From: Macrostomum hystrix
Taxonomy: Eukaryota > Animalia > Platyhelminthes
Direction: 5' to 3'
NCBI GenBank assembly: GCA_950097015.1
Contig: CATNEN010000030.1
Location: 186,001 to 250,000 of the forward strand
Length of the DNA: 64,000 nt
This document shows, piece after piece, positions 14,412 through 25,816 of this stretch; the stretch's first letter is position 1; the number at the start of each line of letters is the position of its first letter. The notes under the pieces were generated by a model. The model was not told the origin of the DNA. It made no database searches and was given only the letters and a program-made list of their open reading frames with translations. Both the position numbers and the translations under genes were made by a program.

Positions 14412-17400
14412 ATGCTGCAGCGGGTCAGCTGTCCCCTGAACTCCGAGAACGCGCTGGAAAGTGAGCCGGATTCTCACGAGAGAGTAATTTATTTCTCTTT
14501 TTTCGTGCCCTCCGTGCTACACAAACTATTCGCTCATTCAAATAATGACATGCGCGTTCTAAGAATTGAAAACGACTGCCACTGCCGATTCCACCTGTCA
14601 ACCACAATGCGGCCCAGTTGCAGGCCCAGGCGGCTTCACCTCGTCGAAGCATTCCTTGACGAACAGTTGGGCAACTTTGACAAGTGCGCCGGAATGCTGA
14701 AGGATCTGCTGGGCACCGCGGGCATCAGATTCGCTGCTTATCGGGCCATCAACTTGAGAATGCTTTCCAATGGTAGCTACGACTACAGGGGCTACAGTGC
14801 GACAGCTGAAAAACTGCGTGGCAGAGCCAGTGGTGCTGATGGAGCTATTGAAATTGTGTCCAACGGAGATCATTCAGAATCTGCACTCAGCAGCATATCG
14901 ATAGCTAGCTACACAGGGAGCCAACGGTTCATCGGCGCCAGCGAGCGTCCCAGTGCACGAAGGAGTTGTGAAAGTCTGGCAGCGTTTGTTTGCCTTGAAA
15001 GTGCGCTCAGTCAGTTGGACTGCATCGCGGTGCAAATTGGTGACGCTGTCATTCAGGCCATGTTTTTTGAGATTGTCACAATGGAGTTGAGTACCGAGAT
15101 ATGGCGGCACAGTTTGCAAAGTATTGTCACGAATCTGACTCACTCGACAGCCAGTCAACTTGTGACAAACTACTCCGTACTCATACGATCTACGTCGCAG
15201 TTCTTTGCTGGCTTTCTCGATATATCTGCGATGGTTAACCAGATCTGCTTCGATGCAATCAATGACAGCCACACTGTTATGTGCTCAAGCATTGCAGTAG
15301 ATTCCGACATTAACAATGTCGCAAGCACATGCGGGGAACTAAAAAACTATGAATATAATTTGAAGACCGATGAAACGTCTATCGTGGACAGTAGCGCGTT
15401 TAGCGTCTCCGAATTATATCTCGACGAGGACAATGGGTCAAAGTGCAGTCGGCAGCCTCCGCAGCCTCCACAGCCTGCACCAAGGGCAGTTTTGCGAGTG
15501 CCAGCATCAGACAGGCGCCCAATTGCGAGTATTTTCTCTGGCCCACTGACTGAATTCCTGCTTAACAGCTCCTGCTCTTTTGTAGCTGAAGAGGCCTGCC
15601 TAGAGGCGCTTGTTGAACTGGTATCTCGGCACCTCGTGAAGTCCTTGCACAACAGCAGCTGCTCAGAGAACCAATTCGAGTGTCGCATTTTAAAAACTCT
15701 CGCGCGCTTCAACTCGGTGTTGAGGATTCAAACCGTTCAACCGGTTCTTGAAGGGGTCATTAGCAGATTTTTGGCCTGCGTAGCGGATTCGCTAAGCAAC
15801 CCTGATGCAATCAGCTCGGGTGAGGTGACTGGTCTGGTGGCCGCACTGCAGACTCACAGCTCGTCTGCTCAGGACTCTGGTTCAGAGTTTGGTGGCTGGC
15901 AGCTGCTGCGGACAATGCGGGAGACATTTGACAAAACTGTTTACAGTCAGATGACAAAACTGAGTGGCAAGCTGCCGCGGCACGATGATATTGCCGTCAT
16001 GGAAACTGAATGTCAGCAGAACTTCAACCATGCAATTGAGGCAGCTGGCGACCTAAATGCGACACTAAACGATTTTGATAGCCTACCATCTGAGACGTTA
16101 GACCTGGAGTCATTTAAGCGGCTAAAGGATCCCGAAGCTATGGTTCTATTACCAGGTATACAAGACTCCGTGGACGACTTGTACGAGGAAGCGTATGAGA
16201 ACTCTGCCCCACCCGTGGCAGATCAAAGCGCTACTTTATTGGAACCCATCGACAGAGTCTGTCACGCTCTGGTTTCCCATCGGATGATTGACACAGCCAG
16301 CATCGCAGTCTGGCAGGCGACAGCGCCGTCAGAATGCGAGTGTCGATTAGTCGACGGCATACTCGCAGAAGAATGTCTGTCTGTGTCAGTGCACAACATC
16401 GGCCATGCAACTCTCGCTTCTGTTGGCTGCCCAGTTTATAGCCTAGTCGTAGCTGACACTTACGGGGTTGAGAACACCTTTTACGCTTGTAAATTATTTA
16501 TGATCAGGGCTAACGCTCGTGCGCCGTGCATACAGCGAGTTCCACATGCGGTACAGACGGTTTCCGAGATGCCGATAGCACCAATAGCTTCTGGAGAGCT
16601 GATTCGCCTGACTAACTGCCTGCACCGACCACAGGAAGCGCTTCAATTAAGAACGCCGGTCTGCGCTTGTAGAGCATTTAGAGCTCCTTTGAAGCAGTCA
16701 TCTCATTTTGTTCGCCGCTCCATCAGACCGCTAAAATTTTCGACGTCTGCTACATTCGTTATCATGCGGGCAGTCACCAGCACCATTTGCGCACGAATTC
16801 GGTCATCGCGCTGTCAGTGCTGCCCGCTTAACCGACCTCTCTGGGTGCCAGAATCTACCCAGTGCCTGAAAATCCATGGGAGAGACCAGGCAATGGCAAG
16901 AGTCGAATTTCCACCAGCACGAGCCAGTTGCGCATTCGCAGCAACGATGTTGATTGCAGAATTGGTCGAACAGTTCAGCCCCTCTTCAGTATTGCATGCG
17001 GATTCTTCAGTTGAGCCACAGCGGCTGTGCGGTAGCGCTGAGCCATCGGGGTCGAATTGGCGATCGGGCACATTGGAGCGCGCGGTTGCCACTGTTGCCG
17101 CAACACGCTTGGCCCCCGCCTGTCGCGAAGGCCAGCTGCGCGAGTGCAGCTGGGCCAGGCAGTTCGCAACTCGCTTAGAGCCATCGTTTGCGCCTGTCAT
17201 GGCGCAGCCACTGCCTCATCACTCAATGCTGGCGTGCACAACCGAAGCATTCAACAATGCGGCTGTGAGTGTGGATCAGCTGTGGCATGGTCAATTGGAA
17301 AATACTGGCTTAAACAAATCTGCTCCAGGTAAGATTTCAAATATAGACAGCAGCCTGGCCATCTGCTGGTCTGGTCCCAGCTTAGCGACGGTGACACAGG

Positions 17401-17582
17401 TGTCAACCAACTCTCCCGCTGTCCTGGCGCCGAGTCCCGCGCTTCGAAGCAGCCAAGCAGACAGCACGGATGACCAGGACGTTTACAACGGCAAGCATAC
17501 GGCGACAAGGACAGTGTCCGCTGAGGCAGCGTCCATTGCTGTGACGGTGATCAGAGAGTTGAGCACAGAATCGCTAATCTGA
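14412..17582 (+). CDS. Intronless 1056-aa ORF of unknown function (orphan)
   Basis: 3.17 kb without a stop in non-repetitive ~50% GC sequence, flanked by AT-rich DNA; ATG start; no family motif recognised. Confidence 0.65.
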   Translation: MLQRVSCPLNSENALESEPDSHERVIYFSFFVPSVLHKLFAHSNNDMRVLRIENDCHCRFHLSTTMRPSCRPRRLHLVEAFLDEQLGNFDKCAGMLKDLLGTAGIRFAAYRAINLRMLSNGSYDYRGYSATAEKLRGRASGADGAIEIVSNGDHSESALSSISIASYTGSQRFIGASERPSARRSCESLAAFVCLESALSQLDCIAVQIGDAVIQAMFFEIVTMELSTEIWRHSLQSIVTNLTHSTASQLVTNYSVLIRSTSQFFAGFLDISAMVNQICFDAINDSHTVMCSSIAVDSDINNVASTCGELKNYEYNLKTDETSIVDSSAFSVSELYLDEDNGSKCSRQPPQPPQPAPRAVLRVPASDRRPIASIFSGPLTEFLLNSSCSFVAEEACLEALVELVSRHLVKSLHNSSCSENQFECRILKTLARFNSVLRIQTVQPVLEGVISRFLACVADSLSNPDAISSGEVTGLVAALQTHSSSAQDSGSEFGGWQLLRTMRETFDKTVYSQMTKLSGKLPRHDDIAVMETECQQNFNHAIEAAGDLNATLNDFDSLPSETLDLESFKRLKDPEAMVLLPGIQDSVDDLYEEAYENSAPPVADQSATLLEPIDRVCHALVSHRMIDTASIAVWQATAPSECECRLVDGILAEECLSVSVHNIGHATLASVGCPVYSLVVADTYGVENTFYACKLFMIRANARAPCIQRVPHAVQTVSEMPIAPIASGELIRLTNCLHRPQEALQLRTPVCACRAFRAPLKQSSHFVRRSIRPLKFSTSATFVIMRAVTSTICARIRSSRCQCCPLNRPLWVPESTQCLKIHGRDQAMARVEFPPARASCAFAATMLIAELVEQFSPSSVLHADSSVEPQRLCGSAEPSGSNWRSGTLERAVATVAATRLAPACREGQLRECSWARQFATRLEPSFAPVMAQPLPHHSMLACTTEAFNNAAVSVDQLWHGQLENTGLNKSAPGKISNIDSSLAICWSGPSLATVTQVSTNSPAVLAPSPALRSSQADSTDDQDVYNGKHTATRTVSAEAASIAVTVIRELSTESLI

Positions 17583-18500
17583 ATTCAAAAAGCACATCGC
17601 CGGACTCTAGTACGAGTCCAATACTTACTCTAGTAGCTTGCCGAATGAAGCAAGCAAAAAATAAGTTGTTGAGCCTGCTTTCTGAGAGGCAGGCTCGGAG
17701 TTATTGCTGAATTTTTGTTTTTGTTTGATTCTCTTTCCACAACCAGTATGTAGAGTAGCCTAAGTAGAGCTTGCTTTGCAATTCTTTTTCAGAGCATTCA
17801 TAGCAACAAGGAGGGCATTTCTGTCTGGGACTGTTTAGACAAGACAAGCAGTTTGAGTCGAGGTTAACTAGGTTGCGTTTTATTTTTTTAAGTCCATCTG
17901 TCAGAGCCTGATCGATGAGTTCTCTACTGGATTTGTTTCCATTTTTAGTGCGCGTTTAGCCAAATACAGAATTTTTTTTCTTGCAGGAAAAATTAACATC
18001 CGTTTTGTTTATTTATCTTAATTAGTGAAGAACCCGTGAATAAAAAATACTAAGAGCAGAGATCATTGACGCTAGATAGCGCATCTGGCACAGCCTGTTC
18101 ATACGATTGGGCCATAGACAAAAATATACTCCAAGCAGGAAGGGTTTTTATTGCCAGCGGGGCGAACGTCAGCAGAGAAGGCAGTCAGGCGACAATGGCC
18201 AATCCGCAAAGCTCAATAGAGACTAAGGAACCAGCGCACAATGACTTAAAATATAGTGCAAGACTCAAGACTGAGTATGGCCCTCAGAGAGGCAGGATAA
18301 TTAATCCTCAAGCCACGTCGCACACTGAAACTACAAAGCCAACCGGAAGACGTGTACTGTATTGTAAAGCCAATGTGGCTGTGAGTACACCCAGCTACTC
18401 AGCCTAATCTCCATGCATAATGCAGCAGGAGCTATTGGGAGTAGGTTTATAATCTCGGTGTCTTCTCAGCTTTCGCATCACTCTACAATCAGTTGTGAGA

Positions 18501-18532
18501 ATGCGGCAACAACAGCAGCCGGTCGGCGCAAG
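18501..18532 (+). CDS. Putative exon 1 of a polyQ protein (MRQQQQPVGA-R)
   Basis: ATG at 18501, donor AAG|gtagga; 75-bp intron with T-tract and cag; phase 2 joins the 18615 ORF in frame. Confidence 0.5.
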
Positions 18533-18607
18533 GTAGGACTGAGCAGCCAGTTGAGAGCAGTCGATTTTTTTTAGTTCTGAAACACGTTCTTTTCGTTAAA
18601 AAAACAG

Positions 18608-18663
18608 GTGGTTTATGGGTCTACCGGCCCATCAAGAGCAGCAGCAGCAGCAGCAGAGCCAAA

Positions 18664-18702
<39 letters not shown>

Positions 18703-19382
18703 GCCAAATGGAGCAGCAACTCCGCAGGACATCAGAAGCCCTGGCAGGTGTGCGCTATCTCACCTGGCTGGAGACGCTCACCTGCGCTTCCGCCGGCGCC
18801 GGCTACCAACGTCACCGCCGTCTGCGCTATCAGGCTAGCGCCGCAGTCTGGCGCGCCGACGACTGGGGCTGTACTGCTGGCGCCATCGGAGGCACGAAGG
18901 TGTCAATAAGGCCAAGTCACAACTATCAGAGCACCCTGGCAACCGGCCCAGCAGCCGAGGATTTGGCGACTGCCAGCCTGCGCTACAGGCGCCCGGAGTC
19001 GCCGCTAGTGACGCCGGCGCCGCCGTTGGGTCCGGCGCAGCCGTTGCCACCGCCTGAGGGTCGCGCTGGAGCCAGAAGATCTTTCTGGACTAACTCCAAT
19101 GGCACCCTGGTTTTGTGCCGCCGTGCAGCCATCAGAGGTGGCAGTGAGCAGCAGCAGCAGCAGCAGCAGAATTGGAAGCCGCCGCCTGAGGAGCTGTCAA
19201 TGACGTCATCTCTGGTGGGCATCCCAGACGGTTGTTCGCAGCCGGACAGGCAGCTGAGCTGGCCGCCAAGAAGGCCGCTGCCTTGGCTGGCCGACCTGCC
19301 GCCGGAGACGCTGGGCTGCGCGCAGAAGGTGCGGCAGTGGCTGGGCGATCAGAGCAAAAAAAACCAGGCCTGTGATGGCTGA
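18608..19382 (+). CDS. Exon 2 of a ~268-aa Gln/Pro-rich protein of unknown function
   Basis: GC-rich island, CAG-encoded polyQ tracts, stop at 19382 followed by AT-rich DNA. Confidence 0.65.
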
Positions 19383-20395
19383 AGATTTCACACATCAACA
19401 CAGATTGCACACAGAATGTACATTCGATGCACACCAAGAAGTCCCAATATTATTGATTTTGTCATTGTTTTCCTAAAATAGTTAAAACAATACTTTTTTC
19501 CTTCCTTCCTTGGAAATTTAGTTTTAGTAAGTTAGTAGGTGGATTGTTTTCTTCTACGCATCGTATTTTGCTTCAGAGAAATAATTAACACCAGGCCTTT
19601 TATTCTATGTACAGAATAATATCGCTAGCCAATTGTGTCTGTCATGACAGAGACCTGTCAAAAAAGCATTTCTTTGACAAGCTAGACGTTCCAACTTTTC
19701 AACCAGCAAACTGGCCTTGAGGTTCTATTGGCTGACGTCATTCGATCGTTGAGGCCGCTGTGTTTCTAAAAATAGCAACAACTTAGTTCTACCCACCAAT
19801 TAAATTTAAATAGAAGGAGAGATGTACAAGAAACTCTGATATTAGCGCTAATTTTATGTACTGACTACTGTCAGAGTAGACTATTGAGAAAGTCATCTGA
19901 TAAAATCCTGTCTCTGAATTCATTTTTGCTGCCACCCAGAAGCGGCATGAAGCTGTGGAAAAGCTGTGAAAACATTACTTATCAATCGTGCGATGCACCC
20001 TAATATTGGCGGTGTGAATCGCAGTGCAACCTGCTGAAATTATTTCGCATTTTAGCAGCGTAAAAATGAAAAAAATTGTTGTGAAAGTTTAATTTCCGAT
20101 AAGTTTTGGAATTCCAATATAATTCGTATTTTACCTGTTACGTTTTAGCCATCAATTTTTGCCACTCTGTGGCAATGCTCTATCACGAGCATTGTTTAAA
20201 GTGAATCATAATTCTAGAACTCACAGGTGCACAGGATCTGGTTGCTATGTGCCTTAATAATCCTTAATGACACCTATGCTCTTATAGAAGGAGAGATATG
20301 AAAGTCCATCGCCTGCTACGAGTATAATTACTAATTTTTTCTGCTACCGCGGTAACTTTAAAGCAGTTTACTAGAATGGCAGCTAAATAAAATCT

Positions 20396-20615
20396 AAGCA
20401 GAACTACTGTTTCCTAGAATTGAAGCAGAACTACTGTTTCCTAGAATTGAAGCAGAACTACTGTTTCCTGGAATCGAAGCAGAACTACTGTTTCCTAGAA
20501 TCGAAGCAGAACTACTGTTTCCTAGAATCGAAGCAGAACTACTGTTTTCTAGAATCGAAGCAGAACTACTGTTTCCTAGAATCGCAGCAGAACTACTGTT
20601 TCCTAGAATCGCAGC
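20396..20615. repeat. 27-bp minisatellite (AAGCAGAACTACTGTTTCCTAGAATCG)n, ~8 copies
   Basis: Period visible directly. Confidence 0.95.
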
Positions 20616-21204
20616 ATTGCCGAAAAGTGACAATGTCGCCAGATAAGAAGGCACAGAAGTCTTGGAAGCTGACAGTTCTCGTGTGCTCCAATAATTTAAG
20701 AGAGTGGCCATAGTCAGTTTTATTAGTGAATAATGCGGAGTGAATTTTCGCTTCCTTTAAAATCCAAATCTTTTGTCGATTTAAATTCAAGTCGCAAGTA
20801 CTTGAAAATATTTTAAAGCAGTCTGCTTTCAGAGAAATGAGAATCTAGGCGGTATTTTACAGTTGGTTGCAAGAGCTTTCGGAACAGCCAATGCGATAGT
20901 CACAATTTATGACATAATTTATGAATTCTTTGAAAGTGCGTTTTTGTGTTTAAAATTAAATTTTCAGAAATTCTAAATGTGTCCGGCAGGAAATTACCAA
21001 ATAAGGACTTGAAACGGGATAAAGCTGAATTTCCCAATTGCCAGGGTGCGAATTCCTCCTTGGTACTTAAACGTGATGCACAGTGCAGAACTGTTAATTG
21101 CCGAGAAGATCTAGACGATAAGTGCTTCTATTTTTTTTTGTTGCTAGAGTTTTAACGAACAAATAGAAATTCAATCCGTTCTAGGTCGGCAACCGCTTTA
21201 ACAG

Positions 21205-22102
21205 TTAACGCTTTAACCGCTTTGACAGCCGCATGTACTCCGGCTCGCACACACACAGGGTGCTCCGTCGAGGCTGTCCTGACAGAGCCACAATCTCCAG
21301 CTGGTCAGCCGCCACATTTGCGCCGCCAACGACCGCCGCCGTTTTTCCGACGCTGGCGCCGTCAGCGACAGCCGCCGATGGTCGTCGAGACGGAGCGCCG
21401 CCAAGAGATACGCCCGAAGCCGCTCCACCGCGTCGGCCGGCAACGCCGCTGAGTCCTCCGGCACCGCCGGCGCCGCCAGTGGCCGGCCGGCAGCGGACAA
21501 ATCTGAGCACAGCCTTCTTGTACTCCTTGTTCATAAAGCAGTAGAACAGCGGATTGAGCAGGGCATTCATGTAGCTGAGAATCCAGAACAGCACGTAGAC
21601 TGCATCGGTCTTGCGCACGCTGGTAGCCCCGGTGGCGATCATGTTCTCGATGACCTGCCAGGGCATGTTGGCCAGCAGGAAGGCTGCCAGCACGCAGCTG
21701 ACCATGCGGAAGGACTTACTCAGCCGGCTAGCCAAGGTGCCGCCGATGCCGCCGCGACGGCCCCTGGTCTGCGCCGGGGATGACCCACTGGCACCGGCGC
21801 CCGACAGCGTCTTGGCAGCTGCCGCCGAGGGAACGAAGGTCGCCGGCGAAGCTCGGCGGACGCAGCGTCAGTCGGGGACTCGAGGAGCCGCTCGGCTGAA
21901 GCAGCGACTTGCCCGGCTGCTTCCTGTCTGCTGCCACGTCCGAGCTAGCTTTGGCACCGGCGGCGGTTGCGGCAGCGGCGGTGACTGTCGCCGACGATGA
22001 GGCCGGCATCGGCGTCAGCTCGTCATCCTCGACCTCGGCGTTGATCTGCGATGGAGTTGGACGCTGGGAACGAACTTCTCTGCCGCGTAGACCGCTGGCC
22101 CC
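21205..22102 (-). CDS. Aminergic-type GPCR, exon 2 (ICL3, TM6, TM7, tail) with an apparent 1-nt frameshift
   Basis: Acceptor ttccgttttctaccccag at 22103-22104; TM6 FLLANMPW, TM7 YMNALLNPLFY; length 898 = 3n+1, with the 5' and 3' parts open in different frames. Confidence 0.8.
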
Positions 22103-23132
22103 CTGGGGTAGAAAACGGAAGCAGAATTTTTTTAAAAAGTCAGGTTGAATGCAAACGGGCGCAGCGGAAATAAAAATCAGACAGTCTCAAATGGAACATA
22201 AAAAAGTTGCCGCTTTCGCACTTCAAAAACCAAGCCCCGTCTTTCTATTCATCAGCTCTCAGCTCACTGCCCATCCTTCTTCGCTCACTTTGCCTTCAGC
22301 CCAGAGAGCTTTTGATGATTTCCTGCGCGCCCGCCCCTTCCTGCACCGGCGCTCGGTGTCTCGCGCACCCGGCCACGCTGACTCTTCATGCGTGTGGCAC
22401 TCCTGAGCTCAGTTAGAAAGACACTCACTAAACAAGTTTAATTCCCCACTTCGTATGAGGAGGACGTTAGTTCTCTTTTGGTGCAAAACAACTTTTATAG
22501 GCTAGGTCGCTCAGTCTCTCTCTCTCTCTACTAAGTCTTTTGAAGAATACGGTAGACCCACAGAGAGAACCAATGTAGAGAGAGGAGCTATTCCGCAATT
22601 CGACTGCGAACTCCTTAAAAAGCAAGCAACCCGGCTTCCTTTGGCAGTCTATTGCTCTGCTCCCATTGAAAACTAGACTCAAAAGCAACTCAGGAACTGA
22701 GGCTGGGGAGGGTTGGTTCCTCCGAGCTTTTGAACTAAGGAGACTGAGGGGGTCAGCTCAAAGTTATGGCACAACATTTCCAATTCGACAACATCGTTAT
22801 TTCTTTAGCTTAATGAAGCCGATACAGACTGTACAGACCCCGCAGAACAGCGGTTCTTTGAAGCTGATCAGGCCAGATGGGCCAGCAAAGGAAGTGCCAG
22901 GGTCATTGCTGCTGCCGCAGAGCTGTCAAGCCCAAAGTTCACTACACATGACGATATGGCCTAGCTGTCTGCTGGGGAAAGTATCATTTTAGATGAGTTT
23001 GTTATTAACAATGTGTCAGCCTGACAGTTCTCAGTCCATCTCACACAATTCTTTGGCTCCCTACCTATGTTGCACTTTTATTAGCAGGCTTTGAGTACGT
23101 CTCAAAAATAGCTGAATTCGGTACTTCATAAA

Positions 23133-24336
23133 TGATAAACTCATCAACTTCAGGATTGATAAACTCATCGAATTCTGGATTGATAAACTCATCAACTTCA
23201 TGATTGATAAACTCATCAACTTCATGATTTATAAACTCATCAACTTCAGGATTGATAAACTCATCAACTTCAGGATTGATAAACTCATCAACTTCAGGAT
23301 TGATAAACTCATCAACTTCAGGATTGATAAACTCATCAACTTCAGGATTGATAAACTCATCAACTTCAGGATTGATAAACTCATCAACTTCAGGATTGAT
23401 AAACTCATCAACTTCAGGATTGATAAACTCATCAACTTCAGGATTGACAAACTCATCAACTTCAGGATTGATAAACTCATCAACTTCAGGATTGATAAAC
23501 TCATCAACTTCAGGATTGATAAACTCATCAACTTCAGGATTGATAAACTCATCAACTTCAGGATTGATAAACTCATCAACTTCAGGATTGATAAACTCAT
23601 CAACTTCAGGATTGATAAACTCATCAACTTCAGGATTGATAAACTCATCAACTTCAGGATTGATAAACTCATCAACTTCAGGATTGATAAACTCATCAAC
23701 TTCAGGATTGATAAACTCATCAACTTCAGGATTGATAAACTCATCAACTTCAGGATTGATAAACTCATCAACTTCAGGATTGATAAACTCATCAACTTCA
23801 GGATTGATAAACTCATCAACTTCAGGATTGATAAACTCATCAACTTCAGGATTGATAAACTCATCAACTTCAGGATTGATAAACTCATCAACTTCAGGAT
23901 TGATAAACTCATCAACTTCAGGATTGATAAACTCATCAACTTCAGGATTGACAAACTCATCAACTTCAGGATTGATAAACTCATCAACTTCAGGATTGAC
24001 AAACTCATCAACTTCAGGATTGATAAACTCATCAACTTCAGGATTGATAAACTCATCAACTTCAGGATTGATAAACTCATCAACTTCAGGATTGATAAAC
24101 TCATCGAATTCTGGATTGATAAACTCATCAACTTCAGGATTGATAAACTCATCGAATTCAGGATGATAAACTCATCAACTTCAGGATTGATAAACTCATC
24201 AACTTCAGGATTGATAAACTCATCAACTTCAGGATTGATAAACTCATCGAATTCTGGATTGATAAACTCATCAACTTCAGGATTGATAAACTCATCGAAT
24301 TCAGGATGATAAACTCATCAACTTCAGGATTGATAA
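23133..24336. repeat. 24-bp minisatellite (TGATAAACTCATCAACTTCAGGAT)n, ~50 copies, intronic
   Basis: Near-perfect period; variant units at both ends. Confidence 0.98.
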
Positions 24337-24824
24337 CTTCATAGAGTTTAGGATTGATAAATTGATGGACAAGACTTGGAACTATTGGCACTCGCAGTGC
24401 ATGCACTAGTGTGGGAAGTAAAGCGGGTGTTACAAATAGAATAGGGGTGAACAGTGACGCATGCAGTGAGTGAGTTGATAGTTGATAGTAGGCAAAATAC
24501 TCGTAGAAGAATAGGCATTGTGCTGCCTTTTGTGATGGCTGAGTAGTACTAGGCCACATCTGTCTCTCTCTCTCATGGCCTTGCCACTCACGGTTGCTCA
24601 CTTACTGGTTGTGAGAAAATTCTTCTCAAGCAGCTTGGAGCGGCCTTGAGCGGCAATCGGGCCATCAAGAAATTCAGGAACGGACCGGAAGGCGCCTGTC
24701 AGGCATGGGGGCTATTTGGCACTGGGCATTCAGTGCCAATCTACAAACTGATACGCGAGACTAACTTAAGGAGAAGTGTAGCAAATCCTTATACAAAATA
24801 AGAATGCAAAGGCTTCACAATCGA

Positions 24825-25455
24825 ATATCTTCCCAAATAAGAATCTTCACAACATCAAGTTTCCCAATCCAGAAATTTCCCAATTCAGAATCTTTCCAAT
24901 CAAATATCTTCTCAATGATGATTCTCCTCAGACCAGAATCTTCCCAAATCAGAATCTCCCCAAACCAGATTCTTCCCAAAGAAGAATCTCCCCAAACTAG
25001 AAATTTCCCAAACCAGAATCTTCCCAAACCAGAATCTCCCCAAATCAGAATCTTCCCAAATCAGAATCTTCCCAAAGAAGAATCTTCCCAAACTAGAATC
25101 TTCCAAAACAAGAATTTTAACAATCGGAATCTCCCCAAATCCGAATCTACCCAAATCAGAATCTTCCCGAACCAGAATCTTCCCAAATAAGAATCTTCCC
25201 AAAGAAGAATCTTACCAACCAGAAACTCCTCGAACCAAAATCTTCCCAAACTAGAATTTTCCAAAACCAGAATCTCCCCAAACCAGAATTTTCCCAAACC
25301 AGAATCTCCCCAAACCAGAATCTCCCAAACTAGAATTTTCCTCAGCTAGAATCTCTCCAAACCAGAATCTCCCCAAACCAGAATCTCCCAAACTAGAATT
25401 TTCCTCAACTAGAATCTCCCCAAACCAGAATCTTGCCAAATCAGAGCCTTCCCAA
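24825..25455. repeat. Degenerate ~15-bp minisatellite (CCAAACCAGAATCTT-like), intronic
   Basis: Recurring AGAATCTTCCCAAA core. Confidence 0.9.
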
Positions 25456-25816
25456 TTTGGAATAATCTCAAATTCCCCATCCATAATCTTTCCCATCCCT
25501 ATTCTTCCGAACGCTCAGTATACCACTCACACTAATAAGTTGTCACCTGTCTGGCTATATTGTGCAGTGGAGTAAGCTTTCGTCACAAGGAACAAAGCAA
25601 AATTCAAGCTATAAATACAAAAACAAAAACTTTGGTCCTTCTCAGTCAGAGTCCAGATTGCATTTGCCCCGCCTGACAAACAATTTTTATGAGCTCATTA
25701 GTATGAAGTATTGAGAGCAACCCGCTGCTGTCCTAACCCAAATTTTTTGCCACTCCCAAGTCCAACTCAACGTTAAGAATTCAGAGTTCCACTCAGAAGT
25801 GACTGGCGCACAGAAA

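Noticed and set aside
23200-24309. Long ORFs over tandem arrays (also 28292-29034, 29268-29920, 31707-32512, 34507-35326, 40614-41246, 45858-46529, 56241-57175)
   Set aside because: They are open only because the repeat unit lacks stops; they are open in several frames or strands and mostly lie in introns
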